From assembly GCA_963701075.1 (NCBI GenBank), contig OY969559.1:768001-832000 (forward strand): DNA of 64,000 bases, written 5' to 3'. The notes beneath the pieces were generated by a model. That model did no database searches. It saw only the letters and a list, made by a program, of their open reading frames with translations, and was not told where the DNA came from. Positions 1 through 11,293 of the stretch are shown here, piece after piece. Position 1 is the first letter of the stretch, and each line of letters opens with the position of its first letter. The position numbers and the translations under genes were made by a program. Source of the DNA: an uncultured Nitrososphaerota archaeon (GTDB lineage: Archaea; Thermoproteota; Nitrososphaeria; Nitrososphaerales; Nitrosopumilaceae).

Positions 1-2
1 GG

Positions 3-920
3 TGTCCCGGCTGTGGTGATTTTGGAATTGTAAGCGCTATTCAGATGGCGCTTGCAGAAATGGCAATACCACGTCACAAGGCTGCGATCTTTTCGGGAGT
101 AGGATGTTCTGGCAAGACATCACATTACGTGAATACATATGGCGTGCATACATTGCACGGAAGAGTAATGACTTTTGCACAGGGTGCCAAGCTTGCAAAT
201 CCAGAAATGACAATAGTTGCAGCAGGTGGTGATGGCGATGGACTAGGTATTGGTGCTGGGCATTTTGTGGCAGCAGGAAGAAGAAATGTGGACATGACAT
301 ATATCATATTCAATAACGGGGTCTACGGCTTGACAAAAGGGCAAGCTTCTCCAACTCTTAAGCTTGGCTTGAAAACAAAATCACTTCCAGAACCCAATGT
401 GAACCAATCTGTGAATCCAATTGCATTGGCAATAGCAAGCGGTTTTACATTTGTTGCACGAGGATATGCGTACGATGTCAGGCAACTAAAAGATCTAATT
501 GTTGCAGCAATAAAGCACAGGGGGCTTTCTTTCCTTGATGTCTTACAACCATGTCCTACGTATAATGACATTAACACAAGAGATTGGTTTGCAGGAATGG
601 ATAATCTTGACGAGATAACAAAGAAACCACGCCCACGAATTTACAAATTGGAGGATACTGGGTATGATCCAGTCGTGCACATAGATTCACCAGACGAAGA
701 AAATGAAAAGTTAACACAAGCTCTAGTAAAGTCAAATGAATGGGACTCAAAAATTCCAACTGGAATATTTTACAAAAATGAGATGATTGCCCCATATGAT
801 GAAAGAATAGCGGATAGAATTCCAAACTATCTTGAAAACCCTCCTGCATATCAGGAAATTTCGTCAAATGGCAAATCCATAACAGATATTTCAAAAATTC
901 TCGATTCACTTCAAATCTAA
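3..920 (+). CDS. 2-oxoacid:ferredoxin oxidoreductase beta subunit (5' end outside window)
   Basis: Frame is open from nt 3 (CPGCGDFG). Contains SGVGCS, HTLHGR, the TPP motif GGDGD...[13 protein letters not shown] and QPCPTYN. Confidence 0.93.
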   Translation, partial: CPGCGDFGIVSAIQMALAEMAIPRHKAAIFSGVGCSGKTSHYVNTYGVHTLHGRVMTFAQGAKLANPEMTIVAAGGDGDGLGIGAGHFVAAGRRNVDMTYIIFNNGVYGLTKGQASPTLKLGLKTKSLPEPNVNQSVNPIALAIASGFTFVARGYAYDVRQLKDLIVAAIKHRGLSFLDVLQPCPTYNDINTRDWFAGMDNLDEITKKPRPRIYKLEDTGYDPVVHIDSPDEENEKLTQALVKSNEWDSKIPTGIFYKNEMIAPYDERIADRIPNYLENPPAYQEISSNGKSITDISKILDSLQI

Positions 921-1042
921 GGCGAGTTTTTTCCTGTAAAGAATAATCTGTATATTCTTGATACTAGTGACCTAATTTGTTAAATCCCATTAACGACAAT
1001 GATATAAGTTATTAGCATGATGAACAGAAGAGTAGTTCTACA

Positions 1043-1477
1043 TTGAATTTAGAGGAAGTTAACAAGATATTCCGCAAATCAATTATCAAGGGATACTTCG
1101 AGCCTAGCCTTCTGAACCTGGATTTCAAAAAGTCGAGCATAAAACATCCAACCATGAGGGATGATGGTCTCATGCAAACAAATTTTCTTCATCTCTTCTT
1201 TGATATTGAAACAGGTTCTGATTACCCTGATGGTGATGAGTGGTTTATGGCAGAATTTCTCTTTCCTTACAATGTCAAACTTCCTGATAACCTGAAAAGT
1301 CCAGATTATTTTAGCACTATATCAGTTGGTGAAGGAAAGAATTTCTGGAGACACAGAGAACTTATCAGATACAAATATGGTAAATCAAAGAAGCTTGAAG
1401 AGTCTCTGGATTTTATAGAAAAAAAATATCGTGAATTGAATTCTTTACTAGAGCCTTTAGAAAAAGAAATCAAGTAA
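1043..1477 (+). CDS. hypothetical protein
   Basis: 144-aa ORF with TTG start and TATA-like element upstream; no family recognised. Confidence 0.7.
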   Translation: MNLEEVNKIFRKSIIKGYFEPSLLNLDFKKSSIKHPTMRDDGLMQTNFLHLFFDIETGSDYPDGDEWFMAEFLFPYNVKLPDNLKSPDYFSTISVGEGKNFWRHRELIRYKYGKSKKLEESLDFIEKKYRELNSLLEPLEKEIK

Positions 1478-2006
1478 TCTTCCATTCGTTTTGTGAAAAC
1501 GTGTAAGTTTCATTTTCTGATATAGCTAAATCAATGTTCCATCTCCCTGTTCTATCATCAAAACGATACACAACTTCTGTGATATTAGCAGGTATCTTGT
1601 GTGGATCAAGATGATAAGGAAGAAGCTCTAAAACAAAATTTGTCTTCTCCATGGCAGAATCAAACAAATTTTTATCATCTAGATCTAGTATGAATTTTAT
1701 GCTTGGCTTGCCAACGAATTTCATGTAAACTCGCAGCGCTTTTCCTCCCCCGCGACGTCTTTTAAACTCCTTTAAAATTGCCTTGAACTTGTCCCATCTC
1801 GCATTTCCAAACCACTTGAAGAAGGCATCATTGAATGCAAGAGGAAAAATGACGTCGATCATTGTGGTAAAATCTTCATCTGGTTGTTCTTGTGAATCCT
1901 CCTCCACTTGAAATAAGCTATGAAGAAGACTGTACAGCACTTCCAATTCCCAGGGGGATACACCATAGAATTTTAGTGAAAGAGGAGGCTTGGATGTGCT
2001 CATCAC
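1470..2006 (-). CDS. hypothetical protein
   Basis: 178-aa ORF with protein-like composition, convergent with the previous gene. Confidence 0.7.
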   Translation of the reverse strand: MMSTSKPPLSLKFYGVSPWELEVLYSLLHSLFQVEEDSQEQPDEDFTTMIDVIFPLAFNDAFFKWFGNARWDKFKAILKEFKRRRGGGKALRVYMKFVGKPSIKFILDLDDKNLFDSAMEKTNFVLELLPYHLDPHKIPANITEVVYRFDDRTGRWNIDLAISENETYTFSQNEWKIT

Positions 2007-2108
2007 ATGTAATTCTAAAAAATTCTAATTAAAGTTTCAATCTCATTTTAGGAATAGATCTTGATTTCTACTCATTTAGTCTAAATTTGCCCCTAAATTG
2101 GCAGATTT

Positions 2109-2537
2109 CTAGATGGGGAGTAAGTGATTGGTGATGTGGAATCTGACTAGTTCGTTTGCCCTTCCGTACTGATGTTCTCTATCTCCTATTTTTGCATAAT
2201 AGATATCGTTTAGAATCTTCTTTTCTTCTCTTGTTACGCTTCTGTCCAGTAGATTGTCGTAACTGGGGCCATCATAAAATATCATCTTGGTAAATTCTAG
2301 CACCTTACATACGAATGGATTGCTATGTGGAACCGTATTTCTCTTCTTTACTCCCATCGCTTCTCCAATAAAGCAATGTTTACTGTCTTCCTGTCTTAGT
2401 GTATTGCCGGTTACAGACGATGATATGGCAAGTCTTTGTGGCTGGGAAAGGTGATTCCATAGATACTCAACTTTTTTCAGGTATTCTAGCTCATGTGTAT
2501 TTAGTCGATGGCTGTTGTCATACCATGACATTGCCAT
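2109..2537 (-). CDS. hypothetical protein
   Basis: 142-aa ORF, ATG start, TTAAAT box about 25 bp upstream. Confidence 0.6.
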   Translation of the reverse strand: MAMSWYDNSHRLNTHELEYLKKVEYLWNHLSQPQRLAISSSVTGNTLRQEDSKHCFIGEAMGVKKRNTVPHSNPFVCKVLEFTKMIFYDGPSYDNLLDRSVTREEKKILNDIYYAKIGDREHQYGRANELVRFHITNHLLPI

Positions 2538-2607
2538 GTATTATCTAGGTAGAGGATTGATTTAAGATTTGAACCTATGAGATAATTATCCTATTTTGTA
2601 GGGGCCT

Positions 2608-3159
2608 CTAGATTGTCAAGAGGTATTTGAAGAGGTATAGGATGCCTGTTGCTCCTATGAAAAACACCATTGGCTTCCAAGCCAAAACTGGAAAGCTTGG
2701 GGTTTTAAGCTGAACCTTGTAATTGTCAACAATTGCCTTGACATACTTTCTTACTCTTTCATTCCATATCTTGTATTCAATTTGATGCTTTTTGAGAAGA
2801 GATTCGATTTCGTATAAGACCGGTGTTCGCTGGCAAAAGAGGTGCTGTAAATAGTCCCGCGAAACCTCGACTTCGGCCTGTATTGCTACCAAGCCTTTTT
2901 TCATTTCTAGCAGCCTGACATGCATCTCCCAGGGTTTTTTCAGCTTCAGTGAAAGACCATGACCTATTTGCAATGTCTGTTTGTGCTCAAACTTGACATG
3001 AGTGAAACCCTCGTGAGCGAAGATCTTTAACAATTCGTCAACGCTTTTCCTTACAACAATAGTGAGCTGCTCTACTCCGTTTTTATCCACTTTTACCATC
3101 TCGCTCATTCCATTTAGGAGCGATACTGTCTTTGGATATCGAGTGAAGAATTCCACCAT
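2608..3159 (-). CDS. hypothetical protein with C-terminal transmembrane helix
   Basis: 183 aa ending in hydrophobic MVFFIGATGILYLFKYLL. Confidence 0.7.
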   Translation of the reverse strand: MVEFFTRYPKTVSLLNGMSEMVKVDKNGVEQLTIVVRKSVDELLKIFAHEGFTHVKFEHKQTLQIGHGLSLKLKKPWEMHVRLLEMKKGLVAIQAEVEVSRDYLQHLFCQRTPVLYEIESLLKKHQIEYKIWNERVRKYVKAIVDNYKVQLKTPSFPVLAWKPMVFFIGATGILYLFKYLLTI

Positions 3160-3200
3160 ATGCTGCGGTCAAATCTAGCTCTATTAAAACTATGGTTGCA

Positions 3201-3971
3201 TCAGATTCTTGTTCCTAGTCCACGAACGTACACACATTGATCATATGAGATGGCCATTTCATTCTCTTGGATTCTTCTATCTGTGAGTATGGCACCAGAG
3301 TCTCTAATGAGTGCAGCAGGAATGGCTTCTGCTCCTTCTCCCATCTTGAGGTTTGCAATAGATGCTAGATCATCGGCTACAGCTTGAAATGTCACTTTGA
3401 GTGGATTTCCGTACAAATCTTTTTGACCTCTAAGATCTGATAATGGTTCTATTCCGGAACACGCAATTGCAACACCTACAGTTCCTGCCCTAGCCGGCAT
3501 TAACCTGCTGTCTATTATGATTATTCCTACATGAACGTGATATGTTAGTAGAAATTTGCGCCTTAGCTGTTCTGACACGACATAAGGATCAATTGGGTAT
3601 AACACCACATCTCCCTTTTTTGCATTGGATTTGTCTATGCCTGCATTTGGCGCCATGATATAATCTGACGATGTTATGACAAACCCAGGAATGCCGCCAA
3701 AAATCACATCTGATTCTCTTAGAATGATCTCGGCTATTTTTGATTTAATATGGAACTTTGATGCAATAGTTCCAGCCTCCAAAGACGGAGACACTTTATC
3801 ATATTCTACTATTCTTCCTTGGGAATTTGCAACATATTTGCTTGATATTACAACAACATCTCCATTTTGAGGTTTTAATCCCTCGATTTCAAGATCTGAT
3901 TTCAGATTCTCGAACAGATCGAATCTCTCAGTCTTTGGCAAGGACTTTATTGAAAATACTGAAAGCGACAT
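3201..3971 (-). CDS. cofE: coenzyme F420-0:L-glutamate ligase
   Basis: GDVVVISSK, PNAGIDKSN, IIDS...R.GTVGVAI.CSG, D.RGQKDLYGNPLKVT...ADDLAS.ANL.MGEGAE. Confidence 0.9.
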   Translation of the reverse strand: MSLSVFSIKSLPKTERFDLFENLKSDLEIEGLKPQNGDVVVISSKYVANSQGRIVEYDKVSPSLEAGTIASKFHIKSKIAEIILRESDVIFGGIPGFVITSSDYIMAPNAGIDKSNAKKGDVVLYPIDPYVVSEQLRRKFLLTYHVHVGIIIIDSRLMPARAGTVGVAIACSGIEPLSDLRGQKDLYGNPLKVTFQAVADDLASIANLKMGEGAEAIPAALIRDSGAILTDRRIQENEMAISYDQCVYVRGLGTRI

Positions 3972-4022
3972 GGATACCTCATAACTGAATTTACTATTTA
4001 GCGTTCTGCAGATATGGAATTA

Positions 4023-4652
4023 TTATTCAGACATGCTTGATTTTTTGCGCTTTGAGATGGTCTTTCTTCTGAATATGAACACGGCTAGACCTATAACAAT
4101 AGCGGCAAGTGCACCATCGACCAAGAGTTGGTTATTGTCATTGTTGGTAGTATCAGTATTGATCTTAGGGCTGCTCTCAGACGTTGTGTTGAAAACCGTT
4201 TGGTTTGTTGTTTGCAGTTCTCCCTGAGATACATAAATTGGGAAGGTGACCTCATCAAGTGATGCTGAGGCGTCTGTTGAGAAAGCAGTATCATTTAGGT
4301 CAATTTCCACTTGATAACTCCCTGGTTTCTCAAACTGATATGGTATTCCGGCCTTTCCTGTAATTGTTGACCCTCCTGGCAATATGAGAAATTGGCTTGT
4401 TTCATTTTTTATGATAAATTTGTAGTAAATATCTCCACGTAGAACTTTACTCTGTGGGTCTATGAACTGGATGAGAATAACGGTGAGTTGACCTGTAACA
4501 GGATTTGCCGGAGAGGTTGAGAGATTAACGAATGCCAGTCCCTTACTTGATAATCTGGTCTGTGGTGCAGATTCTTCCTGTGCATAAACCACATGCTGGA
4601 ATAATGATGCAAGTATGAAAAAAGCTGATAATTTCAAAAGTTTCGAAACCAA
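4023..4652 (-). CDS. secreted, C-terminally anchored Ig-like (YtkA-like) protein
   Basis: Signal peptide, YQFEKPGSYQVEI beta-sandwich motif, Thr/Asn linker, TM helix followed by RRK tail. Confidence 0.65.
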   Translation of the reverse strand: MVSKLLKLSAFFILASLFQHVVYAQEESAPQTRLSSKGLAFVNLSTSPANPVTGQLTVILIQFIDPQSKVLRGDIYYKFIIKNETSQFLILPGGSTITGKAGIPYQFEKPGSYQVEIDLNDTAFSTDASASLDEVTFPIYVSQGELQTTNQTVFNTTSESSPKINTDTTNNDNNQLLVDGALAAIVIGLAVFIFRRKTISKRKKSSMSE

Positions 4653-4743
4653 TCTTTTTTAGATGATTTTTCAAGGGATGTAAATCTTTGGAGACGACTC
4701 TTTTCTGCAAACGTTTTAATTTCTAAAAAGGGTGTTTCTTTTG

Positions 4744-6015
4744 TTGAATATCACTGAAAAGATTCTGGCTAGAGCATCAGGAAAAACCAAAGTCTCGCCT
4801 GACGATGTTATATTTGCTAATGTGGATAAAGTAATGATACACGATGTATCAGGACCAGGAGTAATAGCTGTATTTGAGAAATTAAAGAAGACTGGAATGA
4901 AGATTGAAAAATTATGGGCCCCGGAAAAAGTATGGGTTGCAGAGGATCATTTTGTACCTGCAGCTGACAAAATATCTGCTCAAAACGTGGTATTGCTGAC
5001 GCAATTCACAAAAGAGTATGGCATAGAAAAGCATTTCAAATATGGCATGGGTCAGTATGGGATCTGTCATACGCTTTCTCATGAAGAGGCAATGGTCTTA
5101 CCAGGAGAAGTCTATGTTGGAGGTGATTCGCATACCAATACCACTGGAGCGCTAGGTGCATTTGCAGCAGGGCTTGGACATACTGATGTGGCATACGTTC
5201 TATTGAATGGAAAGATCTGGTTTAAGGTTCCAGAGACAATATACTTTAAGCTAAATGGAAAATTGCCTGACTATGTAATGGCAAAGGACTTGATATTGAA
5301 AATAATTGGGGACATTGGTACTGATGGTGGTGCATACAAGACAATGCAATTTGGAGGATCGGGGGTATCTGAAATGTCTGTTGAGGAAAGGTTGACCCTA
5401 ACCAACATGACTACAGAAGCTGGAGCAAAAAGCGGAATAATTGAACCAGATCAAAAGCTACGTGACTATCTTGCACAGCGGGGAGCTACAAATTACAATG
5501 AAGTTCACGGAGACCCTGACGCTCAATATGAAAAAATCTACGAGTATGAGGCATCTGAACTTGATCCAATCGTAGCCAAGCCGTTCTCTCCAGAAAATAT
5601 TGCAGTTGCAAGAGAACTATCGTCTGTATCCCTTGACAAGGCATACATTGGATCATGTACTGGTGCAAAACTTGAGGACTTGAGAGCTGTTGCAAAAATC
5701 TTCAAAGGAAGAACAGTAAAGATTAGAACCGAAATACTTCCTGCAGCGATATCTATCTTCAGAAAGGCAATGGATGAAGGACTTGTAAAGATTTTCATGG
5801 ATGCAGGAGCAATGGTTGGTCCACCAACATGTGGTGCTTGCTGTGGTGCGCATATGGGAGTCTTGGCAAAAGATGAGGTATGCATCAGCACCACAAATAG
5901 AAATTTCCCAGGAAGAATGGGACATGTTGAATCAAGGACATATCTTGCTTCTCCACTTGTTGCAGCTGCATCGGCAATCACAGGGAAAATCACAGACCCG
6001 AGGGACATTAAATGA
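4744..6015 (+). CDS. hacA: homoaconitase / archaeal-type isopropylmalate dehydratase large subunit
   Basis: Aconitase motifs EDH, GICH, GDSHTNT.GA.G, IGSCT, CGACCG, STTNRNFPGRMG. Confidence 0.8.
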   Translation: MNITEKILARASGKTKVSPDDVIFANVDKVMIHDVSGPGVIAVFEKLKKTGMKIEKLWAPEKVWVAEDHFVPAADKISAQNVVLLTQFTKEYGIEKHFKYGMGQYGICHTLSHEEAMVLPGEVYVGGDSHTNTTGALGAFAAGLGHTDVAYVLLNGKIWFKVPETIYFKLNGKLPDYVMAKDLILKIIGDIGTDGGAYKTMQFGGSGVSEMSVEERLTLTNMTTEAGAKSGIIEPDQKLRDYLAQRGATNYNEVHGDPDAQYEKIYEYEASELDPIVAKPFSPENIAVARELSSVSLDKAYIGSCTGAKLEDLRAVAKIFKGRTVKIRTEILPAAISIFRKAMDEGLVKIFMDAGAMVGPPTCGACCGAHMGVLAKDEVCISTTNRNFPGRMGHVESRTYLASPLVAAASAITGKITDPRDIK

Positions 6016-6494
6016 AAGGCTCAGTAATAAAATACGAAAAAGACAATATCGATACAGATGTAATCTTACCTGGACCGTACCTAAAAATTCATGATTACAA
6101 TGAGCTTGCAAAACATGCCATGGAGGGAATTGACAAAGATTTTCACAAAAAAGTAAAACCTGGAGATTTTATAGTTGCAGGTAAAAACTTTGGCTGTGGA
6201 TCCTCAAGGGAGCATGCGCCAATAGCACTTTCATACTCTGGAGTCAAAGCAGTTCTTGCATTGTCCTTTGCAAGAATATTCTATAGAAATGCAGTAGATG
6301 GGGCATTTTTGCTACCTATTGAGATAGAAGAAAGTACCTACAAGGACATATCTGAAGGAGATCAACTCGAGATTGAAACATCTAAAAATGAAATAAGGAA
6401 TATGACCAAAAATACAACCTATAAAATAAAGCCATTTCCAGAATTGATAGGAAAAATAATTGCAGCAGGTGGACTGTTCAACTACAAACCATAG
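6012..6494 (+). CDS. hacB: homoaconitase / archaeal-type dehydratase small subunit
   Basis: [13 protein letters not shown] (HacB-like loop), [20 protein letters not shown]; overlaps the large-subunit stop codon. Confidence 0.8.
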   Translation: MKGSVIKYEKDNIDTDVILPGPYLKIHDYNELAKHAMEGIDKDFHKKVKPGDFIVAGKNFGCGSSREHAPIALSYSGVKAVLALSFARIFYRNAVDGAFLLPIEIEESTYKDISEGDQLEIETSKNEIRNMTKNTTYKIKPFPELIGKIIAAGGLFNYKP

Positions 6495-6563
6495 TGGATA
6501 TCTATTCTGCAACAAATTGTTCGTTATACCATTATATCTCCGATTTGAGTGTGAATAATTTAG

Positions 6564-7977
6564 ATGGCAAAGACCTTATTTGAAAAGATCTGGGACTCGC
6601 ATGTAGTAGAAGAGGGAAGCGGTCGTTCTCTATTGTACGTTGACAGGCATCTAGTGCATGAGGTTACATCGCCACAGGCTTTCGATGGATTGCGTATGAA
6701 CAAGAGAAATGTACGAAGAACAGATCTTACTTTTGCAACGATGGATCATAATGTGCCAACAAGCAACAGGTCATTGCCCATATTAGACCAAACTTCTGCA
6801 ACGCAGATAAAGACGCTTGAAAGAAATTGCAAAGAGTTTGGAATTGAGCTTTTCGACATTAATAGTCCAAATCAGGGTATAGTTCATGTCATAGGTCCTG
6901 AACTTGGAATCACCTTGCCTGGAACAACAATAGTTTGTGGTGATAGCCACACCTCTACTCATGGAGCTTTTGGTGCGCTTGCCTTTGGAATTGGCACAAG
7001 TGATGTAGAACATGTATTGGCGACTCAATGCATATGGATGGAAAAGCCAAAGACATTTGAAATTAGGGTGGAGGGGAAACGAAAGAATCCTCATGCAATA
7101 ACTGCTAAAGACATTATACTTTCGATAATACGGCAGATTGGTACTGCTGGCGGTACAGGCACAATATTTGAGTATAGAGGGGAAGCAATCTCGGAACTTA
7201 GTATGGAACAAAGGATGACCATATGCAATATGTCAATTGAGGGAGGTGCAAGAGCAGGCCTTGTCAGCTCCAGATGAAAAGACATTTGATTATTTGAAAG
7301 GAAGAAGATACATCCCCAAAAATTACGACAAATTGGTAGAGTACTGGAGAGAAAACTTGAAGACTGATAGTAACGCAAGATTTGACAAAAGTTTCACGTT
7401 ACATGCAGATGCCATTGCGCCTCAGGTAAGCTGGGGAACAAATCCTGCAATGACTGTTGATGTTACAGGCAAGGTTCCATTTCCTGAAGAATATGCAAAA
7501 GGAAACCCCGAGGAAGAAAAAGCTGCAACCAAAGCCCTACAATACATGGGGCTCAAATCGGGAACTTTGATTACTGACATTGAGCTAGACAGAATTTTCA
7601 TTGGTTCTTGTACAAATTCTAGATTGGAAGATTTGATCGAGGCTTCAAAAATAGTAAAAGGAAACAAAATCTCATCAAAAGTGAGGGCGATGATTGTACC
7701 AGGATCACAACATGTGAAGAAACAAGCAGAAGAACTAGGTCTTGACAGGATCTTCAAAGACGCAGGTTTTGAGTGGCGAGAATCAGGGTGTAGCATGTGT
7801 CTTGGAATGAATCCCGACATTCTATCCGCTGGTGAGAGATGTGCCAGTACTTCTAATAGAAACTTTGAAGGCAGGCAAGGTTCTGGTGGCAGGACACATC
7901 TTGTTAGTCCGGTAATGGCTGCCGCTGCATCAATTCAGGGCCATTTTGTTGATGTGCGCGAGTTGGATTTGAACTGA
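6564..7977 (+). CDS. leuC: 3-isopropylmalate dehydratase large subunit, bacterial type (apparent +1 frameshift near 7267)
   Basis: [28 protein letters not shown] in the first ORF; [27 protein letters not shown] in the second. Removing one A gives GLVAPDEK. Confidence 0.92.
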
Positions 7978-7978
7978 G

Positions 7979-8569
7979 ATGGAGCCTTTCATAAAAATCA
8001 AAAGTATTGCGACTCCTCTTGACAAGGTCAACGTTGACACTGATCAGATAATTCCAAAACAATTCTTAAAACTAGTTCAAAAAACTGGGTTTGGTCAGTA
8101 TTTGTTTTATGACTGGAGGTATGAAAAAGATGGAACTGCAAAAAAAGATTTTGTTTTAAATGAACCAAGATATAGAGATTCAAAGATATTATTAACAAGA
8201 AACAATTTTGGATGTGGATCAAGCAGAGAACATGCTGCTTGGGCACTTTTAGATTTTGGATTCCGAGCAGTATTGTCTACCTCGTTTGCTGATATTTTTT
8301 ACAACAACTGCTTCAAAAATGGAATATTGCCAATAAAGGTAAGTGAGCAGGTATTGCAGAAATTATTTGAAAGCAGATCTGAGATTGAAATAGATCTGGA
8401 AAAACAAACCATAACCAATGATGATGTCACTATATCTTTTGATATTGAACCTCATTGGAAAAAAATTCTTCTTGAAGGCCTTGATGATATTGCAGTGACA
8501 CTACAACATAACAATGAGATCTCAAAATATGAAAATGCGCAAAGAAACTCTAGTCTTAGAGTTTCTTAA
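7979..8569 (+). CDS. leuD: 3-isopropylmalate dehydratase small subunit
   Basis: [43 protein letters not shown]. Confidence 0.93.
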   Translation: MEPFIKIKSIATPLDKVNVDTDQIIPKQFLKLVQKTGFGQYLFYDWRYEKDGTAKKDFVLNEPRYRDSKILLTRNNFGCGSSREHAAWALLDFGFRAVLSTSFADIFYNNCFKNGILPIKVSEQVLQKLFESRSEIEIDLEKQTITNDDVTISFDIEPHWKKILLEGLDDIAVTLQHNNEISKYENAQRNSSLRVS

Positions 8570-9283
8570 TTATTGTATTTACTAGTTCTTTTTCTCTTTC
8601 GACACGGCTTGGGGAGTCGACATCAATCCATGGACTCTTTCCTATGTCATAAGCACTAATCTTCCCTTCTTTTGATAGCGGTTGGAGAATATCATATGAG
8701 AGGTTCATCTCTTTTCTTTTAACTTTTTTTGATTTGATGATCTTCAGAATTTTTGAATTCAGTATATAGACACCAAGGCATTCGGCCATCTCGAGTTTTA
8801 TCGTTGGCTTTTCCCTAAATTCAACGACAATTCCATTTTCTACTATGGCATAACCCGTTTCTTCTTTTCTATATCTTCTGGTAGCTATTGTACTAAGGTG
8901 TTTTTTTCTCTATGGAATTGATACATGTTTTTGATATCAAGGGGCGTCAAGTTATCCACAAACCATAGCAGAAACTCTGAATTTTTTTCTAGAATCTTCT
9001 CTAAATGTACCAGATCTCCGCCAGTTCCACTCTGCGAGTCTTGAATGAATTTGAGTGGCTTTGTTGCTCTTTTGTAATTTTCAAAATACTTTTCTATTTG
9101 TTTGCCCAGGCCATCAAAATCTGCAAGAATGATTATCTCGTCTATGATCTTAAATGATGACAGATATTCCACGATGTGAGCAATTAGTGGTTTTCCCTGA
9201 ACTGGTATCATCGCCTTTGGCATATAGTCTGTAAAAGGCCTTCCACGTGTTCCACGTCCGCCGGCCAGAATTACAGCTTTCAA
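8556..9283 (-). CDS. sugar-phosphate nucleotidyltransferase (frameshift near 8900, A7 run one base short)
   Basis: MKAVILAGGRGTR.RP.T..MPKAMIPV.GKP. The downstream frame continues with F.EKP...GVYIL...WIDVDS. Confidence 0.85.
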
Positions 9284-9285
9284 AG

Positions 9286-9729
9286 CTATCTGTATGATTT
9301 CTGTTTTCTTCTTCTAGCGCTAGGGCCGCCAAACTTCTTTGGCTCTTTTCTCCTGTCATCGCCACTAAGCAAATGTTTATCGTATTCTGCAATTCTCTTT
9401 TTTAGATCTTCGCGAACTGTTCTTGTAAATGGATGCTCTTTTGGCTCTTTTCTTGTCTTTGTCCAGCCTGTTAAAGCTCTTGATATTGCAACAGCGCTGG
9501 CATACGATTGTCCCATAAAGCCACCGCCGCGTACTCTGACTGAAAGATCAATTTTGTTTCTAAGATCTCCTGTGATTTCAAGCGGAGCAAGAATTACTTC
9601 TCTTGCTATCTCTTGTTGAATCATCTCTACTGGAACATTGTTGATTCTAACTTTGCCTGCTCCCTTTGTGATAAAGGCATGAGCGCGTGCAGCTTTTCTT
9701 GATGCAAAATAACCTTCAAGTTTTGCCAT
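9286..9729 (-). CDS. rps9: 30S ribosomal protein S9 (uS9)
   Basis: VRGGGFMGQ, D.RRKEPKKFGGPSARRRKQKSYR. Confidence 0.96.
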   Translation of the reverse strand: MAKLEGYFASRKAARAHAFITKGAGKVRINNVPVEMIQQEIAREVILAPLEITGDLRNKIDLSVRVRGGGFMGQSYASAVAISRALTGWTKTRKEPKEHPFTRTVREDLKKRIAEYDKHLLSGDDRRKEPKKFGGPSARRRKQKSYR

Positions 9730-10208
9730 TATTCGTGCCACCCTACAGTTCTGCCTAGATCTCCAAAAGTTGTATAATATGCAGCAGGCCTTTTTATTTT
9801 TGCATCTTCAAACTGGGTAGTCTTTTTTGATTTTAATTCATTTGGAACGCCCAAGTATGCCCTCAATCTCTTCAAGGCTGTCTGGCCAGAAGGCTTGTTC
9901 TTTGGAAGCATGCCTCTCACCATCTTTGTGATCATCGTATCAGGTCGACGAGGATGGAATGGACCAAATTTAGGATTATTGATACTTGCTACCTCGAGAA
10001 ACTTTCTATATTCACCAATTATCATATACCTGTCTCCACTAAGCATGATGTTTTCAGAATTTACAATTGAAACTCTTGTACCATTTATCAATAATTTTGC
10101 TACATGCGAACACAGTCTTCCTGCAATTTGGTTTGTACCGTCTACTATGATGCCCTGAGGCTGTTTTTTAGATTCTGCCTTTGCCTGTGTTTGTTCTTGT
10201 TTAGCCAA
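9729..10208 (-). CDS. rpl13: 50S ribosomal protein L13 (uL13)
   Basis: VDG.NQIAGRL.S.VAK.L, GPFHPRRPD...VRGMLP. Confidence 0.95.
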   Translation of the reverse strand: MAKQEQTQAKAESKKQPQGIIVDGTNQIAGRLCSHVAKLLINGTRVSIVNSENIMLSGDRYMIIGEYRKFLEVASINNPKFGPFHPRRPDTMITKMVRGMLPKNKPSGQTALKRLRAYLGVPNELKSKKTTQFEDAKIKRPAAYYTTFGDLGRTVGWHE

Positions 10209-10548
10209 GTATTTTCACTCCTTTACCTGTTGGGTTGTTCTTAATTAGTTGTGCAAAGTCTATGATCTTTCCTCCCGACTGTGTTACTTTCTTTGCTCCT
10301 GTTGTAGAAATTGAGAAAGAGCATAATGTTATCTTGTGTGAAATATTTCCAGTACCTAGAACCTTTCCCGGAACTATCACTGTATCATTATCATTTACAG
10401 ACTTGTCAATTTGACCTAAATTGAGTACTCTTCTTGTTCTGGTTGGTTTTAATGCCATCTCTGAAAGTCTTAACCAGATAGGAGCTTTATTCTTCTTTGA
10501 GGCCACCTTGAGCTCTTTTGCCATTCGTATGACAACTTGATTAGTCAT
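10201..10548 (-). CDS. rpl18e: 50S ribosomal protein L18e (eL18)
   Basis: APIW...RR.LNLGQI...VPGKVLGTG...P.GKGVKILG; conserved position in the rpoD-L18e-L13-S9 operon. Confidence 0.94.
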   Translation of the reverse strand: MTNQVVIRMAKELKVASKKNKAPIWLRLSEMALKPTRTRRVLNLGQIDKSVNDNDTVIVPGKVLGTGNISHKITLCSFSISTTGAKKVTQSGGKIIDFAQLIKNNPTGKGVKILG

Positions 10549-10587
10549 GTGTACTTATGCCAATTTTTACCCAAATATAATATATGC

Positions 10588-11223
10588 TCAGCCAAGTGCT
10601 GCAAGTGTCTGCTGGAATTCGCCTAATCTCTTCTCTAATTCTTCAACTGCGGCTTTTACTACTTCACCTGGAGTGAGATTTCCTACAGTCTCCACCATCA
10701 AAATATGTTCATCCGCGTTGCTACCTTGAGTTAGAACTGAAACGGTTGCAGAGTTCCATTTTGCATGCTCACTACCTCGCCCAAGCCTTGCATAAGCCTC
10801 AATCTTCAACTTTTGACCTGGTGCCAAAGCCACGATAGGTATGTTGGGATTTACTGGTTTTACAACCTCGTCTTCGGAACTAAGATCTTGTGATGTAACG
10901 GTTCGAGTTGTGTCGGAATTGCCAGAATCTAGCATTAATAAAACTCTACAACGACTACAGCCTAACTCACTATGGCAGTCGCAGGCAGAAGGCTCTACGA
11001 ATCTAGAAAGGTCTGTCTTTAATGGAAGCATGGCAAGTCTATGAGATACACCTTCATCTGCCAGAACTGATGAATTTTCAATCATTACAACATCATCAAT
11101 TGCAAATGTAGGCACGCCGGAAAGGCAAATCCTTCTAAGTGCATTGGCATATTGAAGAGGTATTCCCTTTAATTTAACAATAATTCTATTTTCATTTTCT
11201 TCAATTATCTCTAAAGAAGTCAA
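10588..11223 (-). CDS. rpoD: DNA-directed RNA polymerase subunit D (Rpo3)
   Basis: ANALRR...VPTFAIDDV...NSSVL.DE..SHRL...PL, HAKW. Confidence 0.95.
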   Translation of the reverse strand: MTSLEIIEENENRIIVKLKGIPLQYANALRRICLSGVPTFAIDDVVMIENSSVLADEGVSHRLAMLPLKTDLSRFVEPSACDCHSELGCSRCRVLLMLDSGNSDTTRTVTSQDLSSEDEVVKPVNPNIPIVALAPGQKLKIEAYARLGRGSEHAKWNSATVSVLTQGSNADEHILMVETVGNLTPGEVVKAAVEELEKRLGEFQQTLAALG

Positions 11224-11293
11224 ACCTTGTGGATGAGGACTAAAATTCCAAATAAAAATCTAGCGAGTTTTTCTGTATAGATAAATACCGAGA

